NCBI GenBank assembly: GCA_965238005.1
Contig: OZ250165.1
Coordinates: 672,001 to 736,000 of the forward strand
Length of the DNA stretch: 64,000 nt
Source: Longimicrobiales bacterium
GTDB lineage: Bacteria > Gemmatimonadota > Gemmatimonadetes > Longimicrobiales > Gaopeijiaceae
Direction: 5' to 3'
The position numbers were made by a program, and so were the translations under genes. Under the pieces are notes generated by a model. It saw only the letters and a list, made by a program, of their open reading frames with translations. It was not told where the DNA came from and searched no databases. This document shows positions 40,810-50,591 of this stretch, piece by piece (position 1 is the first letter of the stretch; the number at the start of each line of letters is the position of its first letter).

Positions 40810-41712
40810 GTGAGGAGCCAGAAGATGTTCGACCGCACGGTCGAACCGGACCCGCGGACCGCCGCGCCACCCAGCCGCAATCGCTACCGCATGCGGGACG
40901 GCCACCGCCGAGAATACGCCGCGAGCCGGGACCGCGGGTCCACCTCCTTCCCCGAACGGTGCGCGCGCGGGCTCGCCGACATCGGCGTCTACGGCGCCGT
41001 CTCGTACCGCGATCTCGCCGAGACCCGCTTCGGGGGCCATCCCTACACCACCCGGCGGGCCGTGAACGCCTGGATACGGGACGGGCTCGTCACCGAGACC
41101 ACGGCCACCGGACCCAAGGGCAACCCGTTCAAGGTCCTGACGCTCACCCGCAGCGGCGTGGCCGAAGCTCGGAAGCGGGCCGCCGAACGGGGAATGGATC
41201 CCAGCCAGGAAATCCGGTTCGCACGCACCCGGCCTGCGCAAGCCGCGCACGACACCGCCGTCTACCGCGCCTGCATGAAGGAGAAACAGCGCCTGCTCGA
41301 CCGGGGCGCAGCAGTGCGGCGCATCCGGCTCGACACCGAACTCAAGAGCGCCGTCGCGCGCGGGAGCGAGGCGGCGCGGCTGAAGGACGGCAAGCGGGCC
41401 GCCGATGCCGAACGGCACCGCACCGCCAGCGAACTCGGACTCCCGGTCGACGACGAAGGGCACGTGCTCTACCCGGACGCCCAGATCGAGTACACCGACG
41501 CCGAGGGGCGAACTGGACGCGTCAACATCGAGGTCGCGTCCGGCAACTACCGCGAAGGGGCCATCAAGGCGAAAGCGGCGGCCGGGTTCGCGCTCCACGC
41601 CAACGGACCGGCCGCGGCGCGGCTGCTGCGCACGCTCAGCCTGGGCGGCGGCGGCGACCGCTCCTCGCTGCGGGGACCCGCCGACCGCGATCCGGCCGCA
41701 GTCGAACTCTGA
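40810..41712 (+). CDS. wHTH/PD-(D/E)xK candidate relaxase (copy D)
   Basis: Homologue of 26511-27410. Confidence 0.6.
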   Translation: MRSQKMFDRTVEPDPRTAAPPSRNRYRMRDGHRREYAASRDRGSTSFPERCARGLADIGVYGAVSYRDLAETRFGGHPYTTRRAVNAWIRDGLVTETTATGPKGNPFKVLTLTRSGVAEARKRAAERGMDPSQEIRFARTRPAQAAHDTAVYRACMKEKQRLLDRGAAVRRIRLDTELKSAVARGSEAARLKDGKRAADAERHRTASELGLPVDDEGHVLYPDAQIEYTDAEGRTGRVNIEVASGNYREGAIKAKAAAGFALHANGPAAARLLRTLSLGGGGDRSSLRGPADRDPAAVEL

Positions 41713-41730
41713 CTACGGGAGAAGCCCGCC

Positions 41731-42045
41731 ATGCAACCCTGGAAAATCAGCGCCGGCCTCACCGCCGCCATCGCGGGGTCTGCCGTGCTGCTCGCCGGGC
41801 CGCGCCTCGAATACCTCGCGCCGTATTGGCCGCTCCTCCTCGCCGAACACGGCGTCTTGCTCGCCCTGCACCTGGCGCTCGCACTCGCAGCCGTTGCGGC
41901 CGCCATCTACGCCGTCGCACGCGCCGCCGGGCTCGCCGACCTCGGCCGGCGCGTCGATCTCGCCGAGCGCTCCGTTCGGCGCGGCGAGGGGGACCCGGCC
42001 CTCACCGACGCGCTCCGCAGAGACGCCGAGGGCGACTGGGAATGA
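41731..42045 (+). CDS. Small membrane protein (copy D)
   Basis: Homologue of 27432-27746. Confidence 0.8.
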   Translation: MQPWKISAGLTAAIAGSAVLLAGPRLEYLAPYWPLLLAEHGVLLALHLALALAAVAAAIYAVARAAGLADLGRRVDLAERSVRRGEGDPALTDALRRDAEGDWE

Positions 42046-42488
42046 ACGCGGAGACCGGGCGGGCGGCGGGCCGGCGAGATCGACCCAAACGTGCGCGCAC
42101 ACCTCGCGGCGCGTCCGTCGAGACCCTGCCAGTCACCTGGCGGACGCAGGCCAAGGCGCTCCGCCGGTACGGGGGCGAAGCTCCGGCCGTCGCGATCGAA
42201 AGCTGCGCGGCCGAGCTCGAGGCCACGCTCAGGGAGAGGGACGAGACCACCTTCTCGCTGACGGAGGCAGCCAGGGAGAGCGGCTACTCCGCTGACCATC
42301 TCGGCCGCCTCGTGCGCGACGGCAGGATCCCCAACGCCGGAAGGCCCGGCGCGCCCAGGATCGCCCGCTCGCACCTGCCACGGAAGACCCAGGCGCCAGC
42401 CACACCGCTACTGGTGGAAAAGCATCGCCGAGGCGAAGTTTCCAACGCGCAGATCGTGCAGTCCATCATCGAGAGAGGAATCGAATGA
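42042..42488 (+). CDS. HTH excisionase-like protein (copy D)
   Basis: FSLTEAARESGYSADHLGRLVRDG. Confidence 0.75.
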   Translation: MNAETGRAAGRRDRPKRARTPRGASVETLPVTWRTQAKALRRYGGEAPAVAIESCAAELEATLRERDETTFSLTEAARESGYSADHLGRLVRDGRIPNAGRPGAPRIARSHLPRKTQAPATPLLVEKHRRGEVSNAQIVQSIIERGIE

Positions 42489-43648
42489 TGGCACGCACGA
42501 AACCTATCCGGCGCTCCTACGGCGCCGGCGAATGGGGCCGGAACCGGGTACGGGTCTTTCCCGATCCCAAGACCGGCGTGTTCCAGATCGAGTGGCGCGA
42601 GAACGGGCGCAGGCTCACAAGGTCGCTGAAGCACCGCGACTGGAGACGGGCGAAGCGGCAGGCGGACGAGTTCGCCGCTGGCTACCTCGGGCCGGAGCTC
42701 CACCGCAAGGCCGAAGCCGAGCCCGAGCCGCTCACCCTGGAGACGCTTTTTGACATCTACGGTGAAGAGGTGACGCCCACCAAGCGTGGGCGGTCGCGGC
42801 TGCACGACAGGGCCGCGATGAGGATGTTCCTCGGGTGCTTCGGCAGGGACCGGAAGCCCGCAACGCTCTCCCAGCGCGACTGGGACCGGTTCATCCGGGA
42901 GCGGCGCGCGGGCAGGGTCGGACCGAGCGGCAAACCCGTGTCCGACCGGATGATCGAACGGGACCTGAAGTTCCTGCTCGCGGTCCTCAACTGGGCCGTG
43001 AAGTCGAGGGACGAGCGGGGCGAACTGCTCCTCGGCTCGAACCCGCTCAAGGGCCTGAAGACGCCCACGGAGAAGAACCCGACACGGGTGATGCTTACCG
43101 AGGAAGAATACCGGGTCCTGCTCCACGTGTCTCTGGAGATGGACTGGCGCTTTCACGTTGCTCTGGTCCTCGCACACGAGACAGGACACCGCATCGGCGC
43201 CATCCGTCAGCTTCGATGGTCGGACATCGACCTTGAATGCGGAGTGGTGCGGTGGCGCGCAGAGCACGACAAGTCGGGCTACGAGCACCGGACGCCGGTC
43301 ACCGCCGAGGCGCTCGCCGCCTTGGAGGAGGCGCGAAAGAGGAATCCCGGTATCGGGGACGCGCCCGTGCTGCCCTCGCCTTGGGATCGCTCGAGGTGCG
43401 TGAGCTGTTCCTGGACGCAGCGCTGGTGGGAGAAGGCCGTAGCGCTCGCAGGGCTGGAATCCAAGCGTGGCCGCGGCTGGCACTCCCTAAGGCGGAAGTT
43501 CGCCTCCGACCTCATGGACCAGCCGCTCAAAGTGCTCTGCGAACTCGGCGGTTGGAAGGAGGCCAAGACGGTGCTGCACTGCTACCAGCGGGCCGATGAG
43601 GCACAGCTCAGGAAGGCTCTGGAGAGCCGTCGCAGAGTTCGCGCCTGA
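42485..43648 (+). CDS. Tyrosine integrase (copy D), 387 aa
   Basis: TGHRIG, HSLRR, LGGW, CYQ. Confidence 0.93.
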   Translation: MMARTKPIRRSYGAGEWGRNRVRVFPDPKTGVFQIEWRENGRRLTRSLKHRDWRRAKRQADEFAAGYLGPELHRKAEAEPEPLTLETLFDIYGEEVTPTKRGRSRLHDRAAMRMFLGCFGRDRKPATLSQRDWDRFIRERRAGRVGPSGKPVSDRMIERDLKFLLAVLNWAVKSRDERGELLLGSNPLKGLKTPTEKNPTRVMLTEEEYRVLLHVSLEMDWRFHVALVLAHETGHRIGAIRQLRWSDIDLECGVVRWRAEHDKSGYEHRTPVTAEALAALEEARKRNPGIGDAPVLPSPWDRSRCVSCSWTQRWWEKAVALAGLESKRGRGWHSLRRKFASDLMDQPLKVLCELGGWKEAKTVLHCYQRADEAQLRKALESRRRVRA

Positions 43649-43740
43649 GACCAATCAGCGGGAATCAATCGGCGGGAATCCGGTCCGGTATGCCCGTAAG
43701 TTCAATTACCCCAAGCAGATGTGAACCTGTCGGCTTCTGC

Positions 43741-44532
43741 CCACTCGGCCCCCCGCACCTCACCCCATCGTGCCGCCGTCAGCACCAGGAACTCGAACGC
43801 CAGCCGGACGGCCAGCGGCACCGTTGATGCCCGCGCGGTCTGGATGGCCGCGGCCACCTCTCGATGCGGCAGCGCCCGCATGTGCTGCACGACGTCACGC
43901 TGGGGACCCAGGACCGGCCCGATCCGGTCGCACGGGTTGTCGATCCGGAACTCCATCGCCACCGCCCACTCCAACACCGCGCGGATGCGCTGCCGCAACC
44001 GCCGGGCGGTGTCCGCCTTCGTGTGCCAGATGGGAGCGAGGATCTCCAGCACGTCGGCGCTAGTGACCTCCGAGACCGGCATCTTCCCGATGCGCGGAAA
44101 GGCGTACCGCTCGAAGGTCAAGATCCAGTCGCGGCCGTGCGCCCGATTTCGCCAGCCGGCTTGCTTCTGTTCCACCACACGCGCGGTGGCTTCGGCGAAG
44201 CTCGGTACGCCCTGCCTACGACGCTTCTCGGCAAGCGGGTCGCCGCCCTCGCGGGCCAGCTTACGGTTGGCCAGCGCCTTTTCCCGGGCCTCGGCGAGGG
44301 AGACCAGCGCAACGCTGCCGAGCCCGAGCTCGCGGCGCCGACCCCGGATGACCAGGCGCTGAATCCAGCTTCGGGTTCCGCTCGGCTGGACGAAGAGGTA
44401 CAACCCGTTGCCGTCCGCGTGTCTTCCAGGCGGGGCAGTGCGCACGAAGGCGGCCGACAGGGCCTTGTCGGGATGGCGGCCCTTGGGCTTGGTTTTCCGG
44501 GGCGGAGTGGCCTTGTTCGTTCCAGTAATCAT
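43741..44532 (-). pseudogene. P4-like tyrosine integrase, C-terminus cut off by the copy D end
   Basis: HADGNGLYL arm domain through LTAARWGEVRGAEW; lacks HxxR and Y. Confidence 0.9.
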
Positions 44533-44682
44533 CCCCGCATAATATAGGGGATGGAGGCGGATATCAATGGATGTTGTGATCGGAGTGCGTTGCTAGTCGA
44601 TGCTCGTAACTTACTGTTATCACAGTCATTTATGGACTTAACTGGACGATACTGCACACCGTTCCAGATAGTCTGCCCATTC

Positions 44683-45098
44683 CTGGGTCGTGCGTGGCTG
44701 CCCGAGCACCCGGCACGCTCTCCTCTCCGACGCCCCGAGCTGCTGACGTACACGCACCACACAACGTCGTCGGCGCTCGGGGCTCAGAAGTTTCCCTTGG
44801 CCGCTTCCTCCAGGATCAGCTTGTCCAGTGTCAAGTCCGACCCGGATCGCTTCAGGCGCCCGTTCTCGCGCTCGAGCTCCTTCAGGCGCCGTGCCTGGCT
44901 CACCTTCATCCCGCCGAGCTCCCGGCTGATCAGCTTCACGGATTTGCCGCGGGCCAGACCCACCTCTGCCTCCCGCAGTGCAGTGATGATCTGCTCCGGA
45001 GTGTGTCGCTTCCTTCCCATCCTGACCTCCTCGCTGAAAAGCTTCAGGCCAGGTCGATCCTAACATTGCACCTGGTCTCGTTTCAGCGGGTCAGGTCA
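44683..45098 (-). mobile_element. IS3-family fragment (left IR, deleted orfA, start of orfB)
   Basis: TGACCTGACCCGCTGAAACGAGACCAGG end; MGRKRHTPEQII...EAAKGNF; RRACRVLGQPR. Confidence 0.85.
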
Positions 45099-45393
45099 CT
45101 ATAGTTTTGGGGGCTTTTCAATCCTGAACGGCGCGCGGCACGGCGTCAGGCGCGCTCCTACTTCCGTTCGCAACGCCCGCACCTGAAGCTTACTGAAATG
45201 CGGCCCCGAGCAACCGAACCCGATCGTTGGGTCTTTGCCGCCTTTCATTATGACCCGGAGCACCCCGTTAAGCCCACGCCCTACAGTCTGATCGCCGTCA
45301 CCCGAAACACCCTGGAGGTCTCCTTCATCGAATTGTCACCGGATTCCCCTTATTGGTACGGTGCGCGCAGATAGCCCATGTGGCCTTGCCCCT

Positions 45394-46771
45394 GAGCTAG
45401 GATCAAAGGGTGTGTAAAAAGAGAGGCGACGTACCTTTGCGCTGAGATTTAAACCAGCGAGTCCGGGTGACAGCCCGGGGAAAGGAACGTCGCCTCATGA
45501 GGAAGGATATCGCGGGACCCGAGACCGAGTCCACCATGCCGCTGTGGGAGGGCCTGGAGGGAGTGGTCCGTGAGAAGGCCCGGGAGTTCATCCAACAGAT
45601 CTTGGAGGAGGAAGTCACCGAGCTCCTCGGCCGTGAGAAGTCAGAGCGGAAGGCAGCCGTGGATGCGGCGCCTGGCTACCGCAACGGGTACGGCAAGGCG
45701 CGGCGGCTGTCGATGAGTTCGGGCACGATCACGGTGCGACGCCCCCGGGTACGGGGTCTGGAGGAACGCTTCGAGAGTCGGGTGTTGCCGCTGTTTGCGA
45801 GACGGACGAAGGAGGTAGGGGAGTTGATACCGGAGCTGTACCTACACGGGTTGGCCGAGGGGGATTTCGAGCTGGCGCTCAGGGGCCTACTCGGTGAGGG
45901 GGCGCCGCTGTCGAAGGCTTCGATCCGCAGGCTCAGGGCCGTGTGGTCGAGTGAGTTCGAGATGTGGGCGAAGCGGTCCTTGGCGGACCGTGAGGTTGTC
46001 TATGTATGGGCGGCCGGGATCTACGTGAAGGCGGGCCTGGAGCGAGACAAAGCGGCGCTGCTGGTGGTGATGGGAGCCATGCGCGACGGGACGAAAGAGG
46101 TTCTGGCCGTCACATCAGGCTACCGGGAGTCAACGGACTCGTGGGCGGAGGTCTTTCGGGGTCTCAAGGCTCGAGGCCTCGCAGCGCCGAAGCTACTGAT
46201 GGCCGACGGTAACGCGGCGATCTGGGGCGCGGCGAGGACGGTGTGGCCTGAGGCCGGCGAGCAGCGGTGCTGGAATCACAAGATGAGGAACATCCTGGAT
46301 CGGCTTCCGCAGCGCGGGCAGTCAGAGGCCAAGGAACTGCTGCGCACAGTCGTCTACGCCTCGACACGGGCCGCGGCGCTCAAAGCTCGTCAGGCGTTCG
46401 GCAAGCGTTATGGGCCGTGGTACCCGAAAGCTGTGACGGTGCTCGAGGATGACTGGGACCGCATGGTCACGTTCTACGACTTCCCCGAAGCCCACTGGAA
46501 GCATCTACGGACGACGAATGTGGTGGAAAGCCCGTTCGCTTCGGTACGGCTCCGCACGTCGGCAGCAAAACGATTTAAGCGCGTCGACAGGTGCTACCGC
46601 CCTCATCTGGAAGCTCCTGACGGTGGCGGAGAAACGCTTCAGAAGGCTTGACGCTCCAAACCTGCTCAAGGACGTGTTTGAAGAAAGGAAGTTCAGGGAC
46701 GGTAAGCCCGTCTCAGCTCATCAGCGCAAAGCAGCCGCCTGAAACGTTTACACACCTATTGACCCGACCTC
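45394..46771 (+). mobile_element. IS256-family element; transposase 45497-46742 frameshifted near 46590
   Basis: IRs GAGCTAGGATCAAAGGGTGTGTAAA and TTTACACACCTATTGACCCGACCTC; YRNGY, QRCWNHK, RTTNVVES; first catalytic Asp position reads VWAAG. Confidence 0.9.
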
Positions 46772-46825
46772 AAACCCGGGACAGTTTCATGTATCCGCAC
46801 TTCCGTTTCCTAGCAAGGAGGAACA

Positions 46826-47143
46826 ATGGCACTCGTGGGGAAGTACGCTTTTCTCGTTGGACTGGTGATCGCGGTGGCCGGAGGCTTAGGCTTTGAACAA
46901 GCGTGGTTTGGCTGGGTACTCGCCGTGCTCGGCCTGGTCGTTGGATTCTTGAATATCAGCGACAAGGAGAGTCAGACCTTCCTCTTAGCGGCGATCGCGC
47001 TGATCGTAGCGACCAGCGCTGTCGGAGCGATCCCCTACATCGGGGAGGGGATGACCCGGATCATCGCGAACCTCGTGCTCTTCCTGGGGGGCGCGGTCTT
47101 GGTCGTCGCGGTGAAGAGTCTGTTCGCGGTCGCGAGAGACTGA
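46826..47143 (+). CDS. Small membrane protein (about 4 TM segments)
   Basis: AGGAGG RBS; hydrophobic 105 aa ORF. Confidence 0.8.
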   Translation: MALVGKYAFLVGLVIAVAGGLGFEQAWFGWVLAVLGLVVGFLNISDKESQTFLLAAIALIVATSAVGAIPYIGEGMTRIIANLVLFLGGAVLVVAVKSLFAVARD

Positions 47144-47289
47144 AGTCACTCTGCCGCAGGCACATTTGGCCTCCTGGGTTCGTGGCTGAGCCAGGTGCCG
47201 TCTTGCGACCACGTGGAAACACGGAGGTAGGCGATGGTTTTCACGGATGTGTCCACGACAAGGCGCAATCCTGTCTATTTACGACCGTG

Positions 47290-48480
47290 AGCGCTGCGTT
47301 CACGGATTCGAGAACGTTGGTCGTCTTCAGCGAACGGCCAACCAGCGGGAACACGCCGAGTCGATGCAGGGTCAACGTCTCCTCGAACCCTTCGTCCAGG
47401 CTCGCAACCGCCGACTGGTTGAGCGCGGCCAGCTCAGCCCGCATCGCTTTCAGGTCCCGCTTCGCCTCCGCGTAGGTGGGCCGCTCGTAGGCTCGCTGCA
47501 GACGTCCACGCCAGGCCTTCTGCTCGGTGCGTGGCAGGTACGAGACCACATTCTCTCGCTTGTGCCATTGGCAGCGCTGGATAAGCACCTGGCCCCGGAA
47601 CACCGTCGTCACTGCCGACTTCAGCCCCTTGGCGCCGTCGATCACGACCAGCGCTCCGGCCGACAGATCGAGTCCCCGATCCTTCAGGGAGCGCAGAAAG
47701 CTCGTGATCACCCGGGCGTTCTCCGTTTCCGTCTGCACGAATCCCGCAAACACCTTGTCTCCCCCCATCGTCACGGCTAACGCGACGACGATTTCGTCAT
47801 TGGCAAACGTCTTGCCGTCCAGGAAGAGCGCCACGACGTCGAGCTCTGTAAGCTCACGTTCCTGAAACGCCTTCAGCTGCCTGGCGGTCGCCTTCTTGAA
47901 CTCCCGCGACACCGTCGACTTCGACAGCCCGATCGCCCCCGGCACTGCCTCCACCGCGGCCTCGTAGTCACGACACGAGATCCCAAGCAGGACCTTGCGG
48001 AACAACCCCTCGTCCACCTCGCCCGCCGCCCAGTGCAAGCGCTCGTACGACTCCAGACGCGCCTCTCCCTCCAGACCTCGCACCCGAGGGACCCGGACCG
48101 GATGACGCTGCCCGCCCAGGCGTACCGAGCCCGGGTTGCTCCCATGCCGGTAGATCACTTCTCCTTCTCCCTTGCGGGCGTGCCTCGGACCCGCCAACCG
48201 CTCGACCTCTTCGTCCAGCACCCGCCCCACCTCCGCCAGCCCAAGCGGTATCAATTCCTGGATCAATTCCACCCGCATCTCGGTCCTCAGCGCCTCGATC
48301 GCTTCCCAGTCCAGTTCACTCGGCGCACCCATCCTTCGGTCCTTCTTGCCTCGACGTACAAGCTGTGGCACTCTCTCCATTGGTGGCCTCCTTCCTCTCA
48401 TGGTTCGGTGTTGTGTTCCTCACACCCACCTTACCCGAGGTCGGAGGTCACTTCAAATTCCAACTAAACTTAGGACACCC
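47290..48480 (-). mobile_element. IS256-family element, 3'-truncated
   Basis: LFLDG, VIDGAKGL, QRCQWHKREN, KTTNVLES then truncation; GGGTGTCCTAAG... end at 48480. Confidence 0.85.
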
Positions 48481-48699
48481 TCCGAGGCCTTGGCTCCATT
48501 GGACACGAAAATCCGACCCTCCACTTCACACCCTTGCGGCGTGCTATGGGTGAGCATCACTGCGCGAATCGGGACGCCGCGCGATCCAAACCATCCGATG
48601 GAACGAGTACTCGGGTCACGATGAGGATGTGCGGAGTCCCCGCCATTGTAGAAGGTGTCCGGTTCCGGGGCGAGTCGGGCCGGCGAGAGCAGCGAGGAC

Positions 48700-49540
48700 T
48701 CAATACTGCGACTCGGCGGGTCTCTTCTCGCCGGCCGACACGGTGAGCGCCAACCGGTTCTCACGGGGAGGAAGCGCGCAGGTGGAGAAAGCCGTAAAGA
48801 CGCACGGGGGGTTGTAGGCGCGATTGAAGTCGATCGTCGTCCAGCCGTCCTCGTCGGCAAGCGGCGCGCCCAGATACCGACCTCCCTGATATGTGGACGA
48901 CGTGGCGGTCGAGTCCCACATCAGGATGAAGTACCGAGAGGCGTTCGCGCCGGCCACGGCAACCAAGCGATGCTCCTGACCGTTCCTCCGGAAGACCAAT
49001 TCCCCTGGCGTCTCGTACTCGATCGTCCCGTTGGTTACGTCCCAGAGCGGCAGAGGCCGGGGCGCGGGGTAGGGCTCGAAGCGGGCCTTGACGCGCCACG
49101 CAGGGTCGATGGAAAAGTACTCGGGGAGCTCGAAAGACTCTCGCTTCCGATGATCCTCGTCCCAGGTGCGGAGCCACAGCCGATCGGTGCCCGGCTCTCC
49201 ATAGATTCGCATTCCCAACGAGCCCCGCTTGAGGGTGGTGGTGGCGTCTGTCCGGTCGCTGTTGAGAGCCATCTTCTCGGTCACGGGAGCCACTTTCTCT
49301 TCCTCATCCTCTGCCGCTTCCACCACGTACTGGAGCTCGCGGGAGTGAGGCTCGAGCCTAATCTGCTGGCCGGACCGGTGGAGCGTTCCGGCCAGGGGCG
49401 GCGAGTCCTCTGGCGGCAGGACGATCGGCAAACTTGGATCGGAGCCGAACGGCGTGGCTCCTTGAGGCAGCTCCCACAGGCCGTTCCACGCGACTCCCGC
49501 GTAAGGGCGTATCTTCTCAGCGTCCAGAAGGAGCGACGGC
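48700..49540 (-). pseudogene. DUF1684-family protein, apparently 5'-truncated
   Basis: TYQGGRYL, IDFNRAYNPPCVFT, CALPPRENRL, AGEK; in-frame stop upstream and no clear start. Confidence 0.75.
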
Positions 49541-49696
49541 TACGGACCGATCCGAGCGGCTAGCCGGGAGGCGCCGCAGGGGCTATATGAAGCGCTCCTA
49601 GCGTCAATGATCCGAGACGGTGCCGGAACGGAGCCGACTGAGCTGCCGCAGGCCGCGGGCTGGCGAAACGCAACTCAGAATTCTTGGAGAGAGCGA

Positions 49697-50479
49697 ATGT
49701 CAGACAACCAGATTGTGACGACCGCAACCCTCGCAATCGCCTTCCTCGCAGCGGTGCCCGCCTCTGCACAGATCGAAGTCGGTACGGAGGTAGCACTGAA
49801 CAGCCAGTACGTCTGGAGGGGACTGAACATCACGAGCCCGTTCGTAATCCAGCCGCGTCTTTGGGCCTCGCGGGGAACGTCCCAAGGGACCTTCACGGCC
49901 GGCGTTTGGGGCAACGTTGAAGTATCCGATCCGGGATCCGACGACCTCACGTTGCGTGGCGAGGCCGGCCTTGGCCAGGTCGACTACTTCGGAGAGTATA
50001 CCCAGGGGTTCGGAAGCCTCGACGTAACCATCGGCGTCAACTTCCAAACGTTCCAGGGTTTCCCAGGGGCCAGCAATGCCAACTCGCCCGAGCTCTACGG
50101 CAGCATCGGAGCCTCCCTCCCGCTCTCGCCCTCGCTCGTGGTCTATCACGATGTCGGGGAGGTGAAAGGTGCCTACATCGAAGCCAGCGTCGGCCACTCG
50201 GTCGCCATCTTCGACTTCGGCGCCGCCGCCGGTTTCAGCGCGGGCCAGGAGGCCAATGCAACTGCCCCGGAAGAGTTGGCCTATTTCGCGGAGAGCGGCC
50301 TGACCCACTTCGACCTCTCCGCCTCCACGAGCTTCACCGCGGGGACGCTCTCGATCGCGCCCGGGATTCACTACCAGATCAGCCAGGACGCCAACACCAA
50401 GCGCACGGCGCAGACGAGATCCGCTCGCACGCACATCTGGTTCGGCGCGACTGTCAGCTGGTCGGAACTCATCGACTGA
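49697..50479 (+). CDS. Outer-membrane beta-barrel protein (TorF/Gcw_chp-like)
   Basis: Signal peptide, SQYVWRG, GVWGN, alternating beta-strand pattern. Confidence 0.7.
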   Translation: MSDNQIVTTATLAIAFLAAVPASAQIEVGTEVALNSQYVWRGLNITSPFVIQPRLWASRGTSQGTFTAGVWGNVEVSDPGSDDLTLRGEAGLGQVDYFGEYTQGFGSLDVTIGVNFQTFQGFPGASNANSPELYGSIGASLPLSPSLVVYHDVGEVKGAYIEASVGHSVAIFDFGAAAGFSAGQEANATAPEELAYFAESGLTHFDLSASTSFTAGTLSIAPGIHYQISQDANTKRTAQTRSARTHIWFGATVSWSELID

Positions 50480-50509
50480 CCCGCGGCGATCCTAGAGACG
50501 CCGTGAGGG

Positions 50510-50540
50510 AGGGGGCGCCTGCGGGCCGGGCGCCCCCCCT
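50510..50540. terminator. GC hairpin between convergent genes
   Basis: GGGGGCGCC...GGCGCCCCC. Confidence 0.45.
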
Positions 50541-50591
50541 GACTCGTTCTCGGAAGCCGGCGCCCAGTGCCGGTTTCCCACTACCACCGCA

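Larger units (their letters stand above)
29395..43740 (+). mobile_element. Integrative element copy D (5' part lost, virD4 interrupted)
   Basis: Starts mid-virD4 at the copy C end; same operon through the integrase; right end at 43740. Confidence 0.88.
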
